DNA of 64,000 bases from a virus: IMG/VR virus record IMGVR_UViG_3300027733_000001. The stretch is one strand, 5' to 3'. The stretch's first letter is position 1. Every line of letters begins with the position of its first letter. The notes under the pieces are model-generated. The model was given only the letters and a program-made list of their open reading frames with translations. It was not told the origin of the DNA and ran no database searches. Below, one piece after another: positions 25,997 to 35,095 of this stretch. Both the position numbers and the translations under genes were made by a program.

Positions 25997-26252
25997 TTAC
26001 TTCTACAGGTGTGTAGGAATATATTGTACTTTCCGTGGTGGTTATGTGAGTGGTACGTGTGCGTATACGGTGAGGTACACCATAACTATGAGACACAGAT
26101 ACCTGCATAGAGTACATAGCGTCGTCATAGTTGTCATAGGTATCGTTAAACTCTATCCAATGACCAAAGTCGTTTTCACTCACTGTGTTGAGTTCTGGAT
26201 CTTTCCCATTATCGTAAAACTCTACAACGTATTTAGTGACAGTTATATCCAT
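25971..26252 (-). CDS. hypothetical protein
   Basis: Tightly packed ORF with an acidic tail. Confidence 0.6.
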   Translation of the reverse strand: MDITVTKYVVEFYDNGKDPELNTVSENDFGHWIEFNDTYDNYDDAMYSMQVSVSHSYGVPHRIRTRTTHITTTESTIYSYTPVEVNEYDDDED

Positions 26253-26253
26253 A

Positions 26254-26448
26254 TTAATAATCTTGGTCGTCGTGATCGTCTTGGCAGCATTCGCAACGGA
26301 ATGCTGACAGCATTGGGTCCACTGTGTTTCTTTCCACTATGTATAGGTAAGTACCGTCTATTACCTCCTGTCCTGTAACTGTGTCGTTGCAGTCGTTACA
26401 TTTAAACTCCATCTCCGGCTTTACACCTTTTTTGCTAAGAATGCTCAT
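26254..26448 (-). CDS. small Zn-binding protein
   Basis: CNDC...CECC. Confidence 0.6.
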   Translation of the reverse strand: MSILSKKGVKPEMEFKCNDCNDTVTGQEVIDGTYLYIVERNTVDPMLSAFRCECCQDDHDDQDY

Positions 26449-26451
26449 AAT

Positions 26452-27552
26452 TTATTTTTGCATCTCGCTGTATATTGTTTCTTTGAAGTTATCTAGTACA
26501 GTTTTTGGGTCGCTCTCGGTGAGTAGTTTATATGCAATATTGAATACTTGCTCGCTGTCTTCCATGTCTCTGGTAAGGTCACGAAGCACGCTCTCAAACC
26601 TGTCTGCGGTCTTTAACTCAGAACGAATATTTATAAGTTCTTCGTTACCGTCTTTTTGTTGTTTAACTTTCGTCATCTTGACGAAGCCTAGCTCGTACAA
26701 GAAGTTGAATTGATTTCCAACATCAACATTATCGTACAGCTTTATAAGAAAGACTGGACGCTTTGGACCTAGTTTGTATGCAGCCTGTTTACTGTCCGTC
26801 ACAACCTGCTCAAGATTGTCTGGTTTTATCTCTATGGTTATATACTGTCTAGGTAGATCATATTTCAGGTTACGTAATTTTTCTCCGTCATAGTAATACA
26901 ATCCATCTTTCTCTGTCTCGTTGGCTGCTGTAACACCAAGACTGCCGCAGTAACCTACAAACAGTTCTTTTTCACAGCCTGGGTCGTGGTAGCGCATCTG
27001 TCGCCTAATGTGAATATCCCCAAGAAATATCCCACGAATACTGGCACACTGGTTAGTCAGATCCAGCTCCTTGAGGCTGATTTTTTTCTTTTCCTCACAG
27101 AAAGGCCATAGTTCTGGAATTTGCTGATGCATGAATATAGCCAGAACAGAGTCTTTTTGCTTCTTGTTAAGCTCACTGTTCAATAGCTCAATTACGTCGT
27201 TAGGATTGTCGCTATAATCTACGCCAGCAAACTCAGGCACACTGTTTACAGGTTTAAACCCACAAACTGTTTCCCAGGTTGCACCATTCACAGGCTTACT
27301 ATGATCGCCCGCAATAGCCACAGGTGTAACTTTCCCCGACAACCGCTTTAGCTGTTCTGTTACGAAGCGTATAGTGTCGCTACAGGGCTTATTATTATCA
27401 AATAGGTCACCTACGCTTACAAGATAATCTACCTCGTACTCTAGAGCCTTATCGATGACCATAGAGAATAAGTCGCGGTTATCTTGCTCAAGGTCAGGAA
27501 TGTTGTATAATTTACTTTCTAGATGTTGATCGCTAAATACTATAAATTTCAT
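26452..27552 (-). CDS. sbcD: SbcD/Mre11/gp47 nuclease
   Basis: SDQH, GDLFD, GDH, MHQ, GDIH and YCGS metallophosphoesterase motifs. Confidence 0.9.
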   Translation of the reverse strand: MKFIVFSDQHLESKLYNIPDLEQDNRDLFSMVIDKALEYEVDYLVSVGDLFDNNKPCSDTIRFVTEQLKRLSGKVTPVAIAGDHSKPVNGATWETVCGFKPVNSVPEFAGVDYSDNPNDVIELLNSELNKKQKDSVLAIFMHQQIPELWPFCEEKKKISLKELDLTNQCASIRGIFLGDIHIRRQMRYHDPGCEKELFVGYCGSLGVTAANETEKDGLYYYDGEKLRNLKYDLPRQYITIEIKPDNLEQVVTDSKQAAYKLGPKRPVFLIKLYDNVDVGNQFNFLYELGFVKMTKVKQQKDGNEELINIRSELKTADRFESVLRDLTRDMEDSEQVFNIAYKLLTESDPKTVLDNFKETIYSEMQK

Positions 27553-27553
27553 A

Positions 27554-28099
27554 CTATTGAGTTTTGCCTGGCCATATTTTGTTTTGCTGGTCTTTCCATT
27601 CTTTCACCGGCGTGAATACGTCTACCCCAAGCCGCTTGCTGGCATATCGTAGCATTCTTAGGTTAGGCCAGAGTTCTGGTCTTACATCACGGGTCAATTG
27701 TAACGCTTCGCTTGGAGATTTACCCTGCATTACCCAAACAATGATAGAAAGTGCCGTACTGCGAGATATGCCTGCAAAGCAATTAATCCCCAGACTATAA
27801 AGCTCACTAGTAGCCACCAGAGGGTCCATGAAACTAATGATGTTGTTGATGTGCTGTTCTCTGGGTCCTTGCTCATCGATATTGTTCACAATAAATGGCT
27901 CTTTATCTTCGTCGCTCCAGTCCCTGAAGTATTGCGCGAAGTGTTTTACTCGAATCTTACGGAACCTTTCTTTTAATTTTTCTACTTTAGATTGGTCTTC
28001 AGGATCTACTGCAGTAAGCCACAGGTTTTGCTGAAGGTCCTTTTTAAACGGTTTGTCTACTGCCTCAGACAGTGATGTAACTGTGATGTCTGTGATCAT
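27554..28099 (-). CDS. protein-tyrosine/dual-specificity phosphatase-like protein
   Basis: CX5R P-loop NCFAGISRSTA; RPELWPN. Confidence 0.8.
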   Translation of the reverse strand: MITDITVTSLSEAVDKPFKKDLQQNLWLTAVDPEDQSKVEKLKERFRKIRVKHFAQYFRDWSDEDKEPFIVNNIDEQGPREQHINNIISFMDPLVATSELYSLGINCFAGISRSTALSIIVWVMQGKSPSEALQLTRDVRPELWPNLRMLRYASKRLGVDVFTPVKEWKDQQNKIWPGKTQ

Positions 28100-28440
28100 A
28101 CGATTAGGCGTCTGTGCTCTAGTTCTTGAGTCAACCTGGGTACACTTACAGCTTTACTATATGTAGCGTTTTTAAACCCTGGAATACGGATGTCGCTACC
28201 GTTAGGTACAGGACTAAACCCTTCCTCAATCTTATCTGTGAGTAGTGCTTGCATCGCAGCTTCAGCTTTTTCCAAGTCTTCAGTGGTTAGGTGAACCAGC
28301 CTCTTTAGCTCAGTATCCTTAACGAGCCCTCCATACGACAATACAACATAGTCGTCATCGAGTTGTTGTATTTCTGTGATGTATACATTGTTTCTACGCC
28401 CAGATTTACGGAGCAATATTTCAATATTTATTCTTTTCAT
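28096..28440 (-). CDS. WGR-like domain protein (start moved to ATG 28440)
   Basis: NNVYITEI...VVLSYGG...AEAAMQALLTDKIEEGF matches the WGR layout, with WGR changed to YGG. Confidence 0.55.
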   Translation of the reverse strand: MKRINIEILLRKSGRRNNVYITEIQQLDDDYVVLSYGGLVKDTELKRLVHLTTEDLEKAEAAMQALLTDKIEEGFSPVPNGSDIRIPGFKNATYSKAVSVPRLTQELEHRRLIV

Positions 28441-28457
28441 TTTAATAGATAGCATAA

Positions 28458-28488
28458 GCCCCCTACCCAATACTCTCAGGTAGGGGGC
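28458..28488 (-). terminator. hairpin closing the AAA/DUF1257 operon
   Basis: Perfect 10-bp stem GCCCCCTACC/GGTAGGGGGC. Confidence 0.6.
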
Positions 28489-28504
28489 CGTTTGCCGCTG
28501 GGGG

Positions 28505-28771
28505 TTACAGCGTTACTGCAACACTGAAAGCGTCTTCGATCAACATGTTGAGTCGTCGACGCTCTTCAGCGATAACTTCACTCCTGACTTTACCTTTAGC
28601 GATCACATAACCTGATAGGTCTGTGGCCGTCCAGCATTGATGAGTGTGGTCGTACTCAACGTTAGACACTCTATGCACGCTTTTCACGCCCATATCGTGT
28701 AATCTGTCCAGGGTATCGTCAGCCAGTCCAGAGAGGTTGCCCTCTTTATCAATGTATATTGTGGATGGCAT
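28505..28771 (-). CDS. conserved hypothetical protein of the Ycf46 module
   Basis: IYIDKEG...VHRVSNVEYD...W...RSEVIAEE. Confidence 0.7.
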   Translation of the reverse strand: MPSTIYIDKEGNLSGLADDTLDRLHDMGVKSVHRVSNVEYDHTHQCWTATDLSGYVIAKGKVRSEVIAEERRRLNMLIEDAFSVAVTL

Positions 28772-28971
28772 CAGTATTCAATTTGTCCGACAATTTCGTG
28801 AGTAGTACCTTCATTATACTCCTCAGTCATTTTGCGAGAGCTTTCATCTGCCTTACCCAAAGCACGCTCAAGCATTTTAGTGGCGTCCAAACAAGCATCA
28901 CCATAGCCTTCAAGCTTGGTGATACTAACCTGCCCATCTTTACCTACACGGAATGTAATTTTCTTAGACAT
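28771..28971 (-). CDS. DUF2997-like protein (start moved to ATG 28971)
   Basis: ITFRVGKDGQV...EGYGDACLDATKMLERALG. Confidence 0.75.
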   Translation of the reverse strand: MSKKITFRVGKDGQVSITKLEGYGDACLDATKMLERALGKADESSRKMTEEYNEGTTHEIVGQIEY

Positions 28972-29245
28972 ACTCCATTGTCTCGCGCAGAAACTTACCA
29001 GACTTATCGTAGTTGAATTTAATGAAGACTGTGTGCTTCTTCTCTGTAGGGCAACGCACAATGTACGTTACTACTGCTGTGGCTGTATTAGGTTCGTCTT
29101 GGACAAACTTAATCTGATGGTATGGGATGTGTACCTCACAGTCTACAGGCTTCTCCCCAGCAGGAGGCAATGCCTCGTGTGACAGAGTTGCTTTGAGTGA
29201 ACGTGACAATTTTGACTTTACTTCTTCGATGTTTTCGATGTTCAT
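28964..29245 (-). CDS. hypothetical protein
   Basis: Operonic ORF. Confidence 0.65.
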   Translation of the reverse strand: MNIENIEEVKSKLSRSLKATLSHEALPPAGEKPVDCEVHIPYHQIKFVQDEPNTATAVVTYIVRCPTEKKHTVFIKFNYDKSGKFLRETMEYV

Positions 29246-29253
29246 GAGGTATT

Positions 29254-29643
29254 TTAATTTTCTGCAGTTATGATCAATTCGCCCGTAGGGAGCTCGTTAA
29301 TACTGTAGGACAGGTCTTCTTCATGCATGAACTTTTTGAGCTCATCCAGTGCATAGCCCTGTTTTATATTTTTAAGGTTATCGCCTAGCTGTCGTTCGAT
29401 ACTTCTATCATAGAAGTCGCAAACGAAAAACGCGTTACCTTCACTGTCAATGTCTATACCTACGTCAAATCCCCCACTTGATGGATTTTTTGCCACATAT
29501 TTGTGAACCTCATTTTTTCTAGGGTCACTATAATAGGTGTGACATACAGTATTTTCTACAATCCCCCAACCAGCTTTTTTGAACTGGTTGAGCAGATTGC
29601 TGATGTTCTTAAACTGCGTTTTGATGTTTACCGCATGACTCAT
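29254..29643 (-). CDS. DUF1257/Ycf35-like protein
   Basis: MSHAVNIKTQ...DVGI...FVCDFY...IKQGYA. Confidence 0.78.
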   Translation of the reverse strand: MSHAVNIKTQFKNISNLLNQFKKAGWGIVENTVCHTYYSDPRKNEVHKYVAKNPSSGGFDVGIDIDSEGNAFFVCDFYDRSIERQLGDNLKNIKQGYALDELKKFMHEEDLSYSINELPTGELIITAEN

Positions 29644-29942
29644 AATATTTTAGTCAGGTCATAGCTCCCGGCGAGTTGCACCGAGAGCTCAGTTATTCCT
29701 TTAGTGTCAAATGTCTTTTCAACAAGCTCTACGAACTTACTGTAAACCATTTCCACTGTTTCTACTTCACCATCTCTAGTTACTGCTATTTTGATTTGTG
29801 TGTTTTGGGTGCTGAGTATGTCGCCGTTGGCTACCTCACAATAAGGCAGCAGCAGACTATGGTTATCTCCCATAAACCTGATCGTCAACATATCGTAGTT
29901 AGGGGGTTCTAACACCCCCTGCTCATCATTATCATAACTCAT
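29640..29942 (-). CDS. hypothetical protein
   Basis: Operonic ORF. Confidence 0.6.
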   Translation of the reverse strand: MSYDNDEQGVLEPPNYDMLTIRFMGDNHSLLLPYCEVANGDILSTQNTQIKIAVTRDGEVETVEMVYSKFVELVEKTFDTKGITELSVQLAGSYDLTKIL

Positions 29943-30952
29943 TATTTTACGGTTAGTTTCCTGAAGTACTCCCCACTAACATTAGCTACATCAGTGAGGC
30001 TCTTGGCCTCGTTGACTACACTGTTTAGATGCTGTTGAAGCATTCCCAGGGCATCCTTGTTCTTAGAGAAGTCGTGATCGCCTGTCAACAGGTTCTCAAC
30101 CTTGCTCAACTCGGCCTCAACCGCCTTGTCGTCTACAAAGTTCATATCGCGGAATTCCTTGATATGTTTGAGCAATGTCCTGATGTTAGCGTCACTGACT
30201 ACCTCCTTCTTATTGATTTTGTTCAAAGCTACCGAGCAATGCTCGACAATCTTTGTACGCAACGTTGCAGTTACTTCTCCTACAAAATCGCTGATCTTAC
30301 TCATATGAGTATCAATCTGCTTATTGTAGGCAGTTTTGTAGCTTGTCAACGCTTCCTGCTTGGCCTGATTGGTTACCTGCTCGCGAAGGATTTCCTCCTG
30401 CAGATTGACCTCTTCGAACTGCGCAGGTAGCGCAATTTCAAAAGAAACAATATCGAAATAGAATTTCTTTTTGATATTGGCCAATGAGGGATAGTAGCTT
30501 TCCAAGTCTCCTACCTCTACAGTGTCCGAATGCTCTTTGTAATACTCTAGAGCCTCTTTTTTGTAGTCTTCGTACTTATAAATAAACTCAGCAGTCATCA
30601 GATTAAACTCCTCACGCATTTCGTCGAGTTGTTTATAGACAGCCATATATTTAGTCTTAGGTACAAAATGTGCCTGACTGACAAGTGGGAAGTCGAAAGA
30701 ATTTACGTACAAGTATTTACGCACCCTCTGTTCGTAGTTTTTAAACGTGTTATACACAGCAGGCTTGATAAGCATTTTCTTGCCGAGCTTGATCGTCTCC
30801 GGCAGCTGCTTATCCAGCTTAATGTCGGCCTCTGTGAGGTTATAGCTCATACCCCACATACCGATATGTACATTGACTAGTTTACCGTCCTGGAACACCT
30901 TGTCATAATACTGCTGCAAGGTATCGGTTATTTTGTATTCGTTGTTATTCAT
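29942..30952 (-). CDS. DUF3150-like helical protein
   Basis: VNVHIGMW, LGKKMLI, HFVP; long helical C-terminus; adjacent to the Ycf46-like ATPase. Confidence 0.55.
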   Translation of the reverse strand: MNNNEYKITDTLQQYYDKVFQDGKLVNVHIGMWGMSYNLTEADIKLDKQLPETIKLGKKMLIKPAVYNTFKNYEQRVRKYLYVNSFDFPLVSQAHFVPKTKYMAVYKQLDEMREEFNLMTAEFIYKYEDYKKEALEYYKEHSDTVEVGDLESYYPSLANIKKKFYFDIVSFEIALPAQFEEVNLQEEILREQVTNQAKQEALTSYKTAYNKQIDTHMSKISDFVGEVTATLRTKIVEHCSVALNKINKKEVVSDANIRTLLKHIKEFRDMNFVDDKAVEAELSKVENLLTGDHDFSKNKDALGMLQQHLNSVVNEAKSLTDVANVSGEYFRKLTVK

Positions 30953-30956
30953 AGGA

Positions 30957-32540
30957 CTATTCTTCGTTACCGATTGCGATACTGAGCTTACGCATATTCT
31001 TTTCTACATCTGCGATTGGGTCGCCTTTTGACGTAACCATCACAAGCTTTCCTTGTGCCTGTCTACGCATAATTTTGAGATCCTCCTCGTGCGACACCGC
31101 AAAAGGAATGAACTCCGCTAACACTTCCATAACATGACTGTCATTGACTTCCTCACCAGCATCAAAAGCCTTGTATAAGGCATCTTTGAATACTTCTTCG
31201 ATTTCTGCGCCAGTGAAGTCTTCTGCTCCATTAACCAGTGTCTTAATACTGAAGTTTTTGGGGTTGCGTCCGTACTTCCTGATTACTACATCGAATATTT
31301 CTCTGCGTTCCTCGGCGGTAGGTAAGTCTACCCAGAAGAGTTGATCAAAGCGACCCTTGCGGATTAATGCGCTAGGCAGCAATGTATGATTATTTGTTGT
31401 AGCTACAATGAACGCCGGGTTCTTTCGGTCGTTCAGCCAGCTCAAGAATGTGCCGAAGATGCGGCTGCTGACACCACTGTCACCAGAGCCACTAACAGCA
31501 CTGTTACTAAGAGCCTTTTCGATCTCGTCGATCAAGATGACGCACTTGCCGATACTTTCGACAGTCTTGATCATTTCCCTCATATTCTTTTCGCTATTAC
31601 CTACAAGCGAGTCGAAGATGCTGCCGATGTCTAAGGCAAACAAAGGACAGTCAAATTCCTTTGCGATAGCTTTACAGATCAGCGATTTGCCGGTACCAGG
31701 AACACTGGCAAGCAGCATACCCTTAGGCATAGGGAGGTTATAGTCTCTGGCGTCCTTTGTATAGGCTTTTTTACGTGTGTTCAACCAGCTCTTTAGTCCC
31801 TGCATACCACCAACATTATCGAAACTAATGTTAGGTTCCATATAGGTCAAGAGTCCGTTCTTTTTCAACTGGGCAATCTTTTCATGGAATACCCACTCTA
31901 CAAACGAGGTATCGAACCTACCTACCGCTGTATAGGCCAGGGCAAGAGCATTCTCCACCTCGTGGGCGGTCATGCCTTTTGCTGCTTCGATTGTGCCCTC
32001 GCTAATACTCTGAGCAATCTCGATAAGTGGCTTGCCTGCAGCTGCGAGTTCGTTATTGATACTGTCTTTGATGAAGTTGATGCGCTCTTCGATGGCTGCC
32101 GCGTCCGGGAGGTCATAATCGAGTAACTGGATTTCTTTTTGAAGTTCACCAGGCACTGAGTACTTGTGACCTACGAATACAATCATATTACGCTTACGCT
32201 TCAATACATTGCAAGCATTGCGCAGCATACGGATGGTGAGCTTGTTGTCGAAGTGTAGATGAAAATCCTTCAACACAAAGATTGTATCGGTCAACTTATA
32301 GGTCTGGATGTGCTTCAATAGTTCGGCAATACCTTTTGTATCGTCTGGATGAAACACCTCCACAGGGCCGGATTTGTACACCAGACCATTCTGAACGTCC
32401 CACTCATTCACTGTAACATCAGGATTCTTTTCCCGAATGCCGATAATCTCTCTTACCAGCCTAGCCTCCTCATGAGTAACCACGAACAGAATAGGATAAC
32501 AGGCGTTATGATAGTTTATGAGCTTATTGATGAACGACAT
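30957..32540 (-). CDS. Ycf46-family AAA+ ATPase
   Basis: Degenerate N-terminal module (LKDFH); FDNVGGMQGLK, PKGMLLASVPGTGKS, IDEIEK, LIRKGRFD. Confidence 0.88.
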   Translation of the reverse strand: MSFINKLINYHNACYPILFVVTHEEARLVREIIGIREKNPDVTVNEWDVQNGLVYKSGPVEVFHPDDTKGIAELLKHIQTYKLTDTIFVLKDFHLHFDNKLTIRMLRNACNVLKRKRNMIVFVGHKYSVPGELQKEIQLLDYDLPDAAAIEERINFIKDSINNELAAAGKPLIEIAQSISEGTIEAAKGMTAHEVENALALAYTAVGRFDTSFVEWVFHEKIAQLKKNGLLTYMEPNISFDNVGGMQGLKSWLNTRKKAYTKDARDYNLPMPKGMLLASVPGTGKSLICKAIAKEFDCPLFALDIGSIFDSLVGNSEKNMREMIKTVESIGKCVILIDEIEKALSNSAVSGSGDSGVSSRIFGTFLSWLNDRKNPAFIVATTNNHTLLPSALIRKGRFDQLFWVDLPTAEERREIFDVVIRKYGRNPKNFSIKTLVNGAEDFTGAEIEEVFKDALYKAFDAGEEVNDSHVMEVLAEFIPFAVSHEEDLKIMRRQAQGKLVMVTSKGDPIADVEKNMRKLSIAIGNEE

Positions 32541-33090
32541 ATGTAGTGTTTGTTGCGATGAAGTTATTCTTCTTTATCTGTTTACAAATCTCAGGATTTT
32601 GGACATTAAAAAGTCCCAAGATATCTGAGGCCATTGCGACGGGCAATGACACTCCCATTTTGTTTGCCCTGTTACGATAGTATAGCATCTCGGCAGGGTG
32701 CATATATTTCTCAAGCCATTTTACTGCCTTGAGTAGAGGGTGCTCCTCTAACTGTACAGACTGTACAGATTTCTGTACCTCTACAGGAGGTGCAGCAGTT
32801 TGCGGAGACTTGAAGGGTCTACCGCGTTTTTTAGGTGCAGTTTCTTTCTTTTCCGGTTGCGGAGAAGATTTGGGTTTGTTTTTTGAACCCTTTGGCCGCC
32901 CGCGCCTAGCCTGCTTCACTACCGATTGAGTAAGTTGAACTAGTGCGGGCGGCGTTTTCGGTTTATTCTTTGCGCCCTTAGGGCGACCACGTTTTTTAAC
33001 TGGTAGGTTATTGCTTACTATTACCGGTATCGGCTGAATCTTCCGAGAGATTCTGCGGTTTGTTAATTTTTCTGTCATGCGATTTTGCAA
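32524..33090 (-). CDS. AT-hook repeat DNA-binding protein
   Basis: Three K/R-RGRP motifs (KKRGRPKG, RRGRPKG, KKRGRPFK) in a Pro/Lys-rich region; start uncertain. Confidence 0.75.
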   Translation of the reverse strand: MQNRMTEKLTNRRISRKIQPIPVIVSNNLPVKKRGRPKGAKNKPKTPPALVQLTQSVVKQARRGRPKGSKNKPKSSPQPEKKETAPKKRGRPFKSPQTAAPPVEVQKSVQSVQLEEHPLLKAVKWLEKYMHPAEMLYYRNRANKMGVSLPVAMASDILGLFNVQNPEICKQIKKNNFIATNTTYVVHQ

Positions 33091-33187
33091 CGTGCATATA
33101 GTAGGCGTCTTCCAGCTTTAGCTGTTCGATGCGTTTATACTTATTGCCACTATCTCTGATCAGGTATTTTCGAATAGTTCTGCTCAT
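33008..33187 (-). CDS. 59-aa hypothetical protein (not in the ORF track)
   Basis: MSRTIRKYLIRDSG...GNSKQ; overlaps the 5' end of the AT-hook ORF in another frame. Confidence 0.45.
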   Translation of the reverse strand: MSRTIRKYLIRDSGNKYKRIEQLKLEDAYYMHVAKSHDRKINKPQNLSEDSADTGNSKQ

Positions 33188-33208
33188 GATGCTACAATTG
33201 TAGCATCT

Positions 33209-33448
33209 TTACCTGCGTTTGTAGACTCTATAATGCTTTTTATTCTTGCTAGTATTAGGCCTATTGAAGATACTGACTAATGCCTCTATAGAGGAGGCAA
33301 AGAAGCTAAACAACTCGGCTACAGGACTGCTGGGTCCTTTTTGGTTTACTGGTTTTCTGCGATTATGATGGCCCATGATAAAATTAGAGATACTGTAGAG
33401 AAACTCCTCCATAAGAAAAATCCTAGGAGTATGTTTCTCGCTCGACAA
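33209..33448 (-). CDS. possible hypothetical protein
   Basis: Overlaps the terminase 5' end on the opposite strand; doubtful. Confidence 0.3.
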   Translation of the reverse strand: MSSEKHTPRIFLMEEFLYSISNFIMGHHNRRKPVNQKGPSSPVAELFSFFASSIEALVSIFNRPNTSKNKKHYRVYKRR

Positions 33449-35095
33449 CTGATATTCTCAGTTCTTCCGGCTTCTCATTTTGTAGAAAATTATCTCTACG
33501 ACAACGAAGGCCGACTTCAAAAACTTGAAGCTTTTCCAATGCTTAAGCAGATCTACGACAACATACCTCAGAAGATGATTCTGAAATGTAGTCGTAAAAC
33601 ACTTAAATCTACTCTCTTGTCTAATTTTATATGCCTGAACCTTATCCGATGGAATTATTTCAAGATGATGTATGTGGGCCCGCAGGAACTAACTACCAAG
33701 TATTTCTCAAGTAATTATATTCCACCACGGTTTGATAGCCCTAAAGTTAAAGAATTACTTATTAAAGGATGGTTCAAAAATGATGTTTTTGAAAAGATAT
33801 TGGATGATACTCATTCTAGTGTATTATTTAGATATTGCAGTGATGACGCTACTCGTACTCGTGGACCGGCTATCGATTGCGTTGTGTACGATGAAGTACA
33901 GGACATTCAATACGACCAGCTCTCCATCATTCAAGAAACTATGGCTATGTCTCCGTATAAACGTGAGATATTTGCAGGAACCCCGTTAGATTCTACAAAC
34001 ACTATTCACAGAATTTGGTTGGCTAGCAATCAGCTTGAATGGATGATGAAGTGCGAGGCTTGCAACCATTGGAACTCATTAACTGAGGGTAACGAGCCTC
34101 TTCAAATGGTAAGGCCTCACGGATTGAGCTGCAGTAAATGTGGTAAGGTTATTAGTTCTAGAACGGGTGAGTGGGTGTCCACTAGCCCCAAAGACTCACA
34201 TCTACTCACGGGGTATCATCTGGCGCAGCCTATATTGCCGCACTTTAACGAGGACCCTAAAGAGTGGAAGGAGATCTACGAAAAGGTACATAGTGGTAAA
34301 AACGAATTAAAGGTCGTAATGAATGAGACGTTTGGGTTGTCCTATGATGTAGGATCCAAGCCTATCACACAAGAAGAGCTTGTTAAGCTTTGTGTGCTAG
34401 GGCCTCAATTCAGCGACAGTGAAGGTAAGAATCTGGCGATCCTCGAGAAGAACAGGATGAAGTATACAGGTACATATACAATGGGTGTGGATTGGGGTGT
34501 TAGCATGGCTCAGTCGAGAACTGTAGCCACGTTGGGAGCTATGCGCCCGGATGGTGTGTATGAGGTACTCATGGCCAAAATCTATAGAGGCTACGACTAT
34601 GAGGCCCATATACACGATATTGCAGCGAAAGCGAATGGGGTACAGGCCTACTGCGTATCAGACAGCGGACCGGACCCTATTCGAGGCATCAAACTATGCG
34701 AGCTTACATCACCGCAAAGATCGCAGCTAGCTGCATATAGGCGAACCAAGATGATTCAACACTTTGAACCAGGTACATACGACTGGAGACAGAACCGCTG
34801 GGTCTTGCACAGATCTGATGTTATATCACTAGTTATTCGTCAGCTTAAAGCAGGGAAAATATTGTTCCCGCAATGGAGTGACGTTGCAGAATATATGCAA
34901 GATCTACTGAATGTATTCATCGAGGTCAGAGATGGTTTGTATGGCCAGGAGCTTGTGTATGACCACCATCCAAAACAACCAGACGACGCTATGCATAGTC
35001 TAGTGTTCGCTATATGCTCAGGCTATATGGCGGCAGGAGACATGAGTCTATTGTCAGGTAGAAGCTCTACTGCAGGTCCTGAAATTGAGGGTTAG
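33365..35095 (+). CDS. terL: terminase large subunit (GpA-like)
   Basis: Walker A-like SRKTLKST, Walker B YDEVQD, AGTP, Zn ribbon CEAC...CSKC, nuclease motifs GVDWG, DSG, PDDAMHS. Confidence 0.88.
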   Translation: MMAHDKIRDTVEKLLHKKNPRSMFLARQLIFSVLPASHFVENYLYDNEGRLQKLEAFPMLKQIYDNIPQKMILKCSRKTLKSTLLSNFICLNLIRWNYFKMMYVGPQELTTKYFSSNYIPPRFDSPKVKELLIKGWFKNDVFEKILDDTHSSVLFRYCSDDATRTRGPAIDCVVYDEVQDIQYDQLSIIQETMAMSPYKREIFAGTPLDSTNTIHRIWLASNQLEWMMKCEACNHWNSLTEGNEPLQMVRPHGLSCSKCGKVISSRTGEWVSTSPKDSHLLTGYHLAQPILPHFNEDPKEWKEIYEKVHSGKNELKVVMNETFGLSYDVGSKPITQEELVKLCVLGPQFSDSEGKNLAILEKNRMKYTGTYTMGVDWGVSMAQSRTVATLGAMRPDGVYEVLMAKIYRGYDYEAHIHDIAAKANGVQAYCVSDSGPDPIRGIKLCELTSPQRSQLAAYRRTKMIQHFEPGTYDWRQNRWVLHRSDVISLVIRQLKAGKILFPQWSDVAEYMQDLLNVFIEVRDGLYGQELVYDHHPKQPDDAMHSLVFAICSGYMAAGDMSLLSGRSSTAGPEIEG

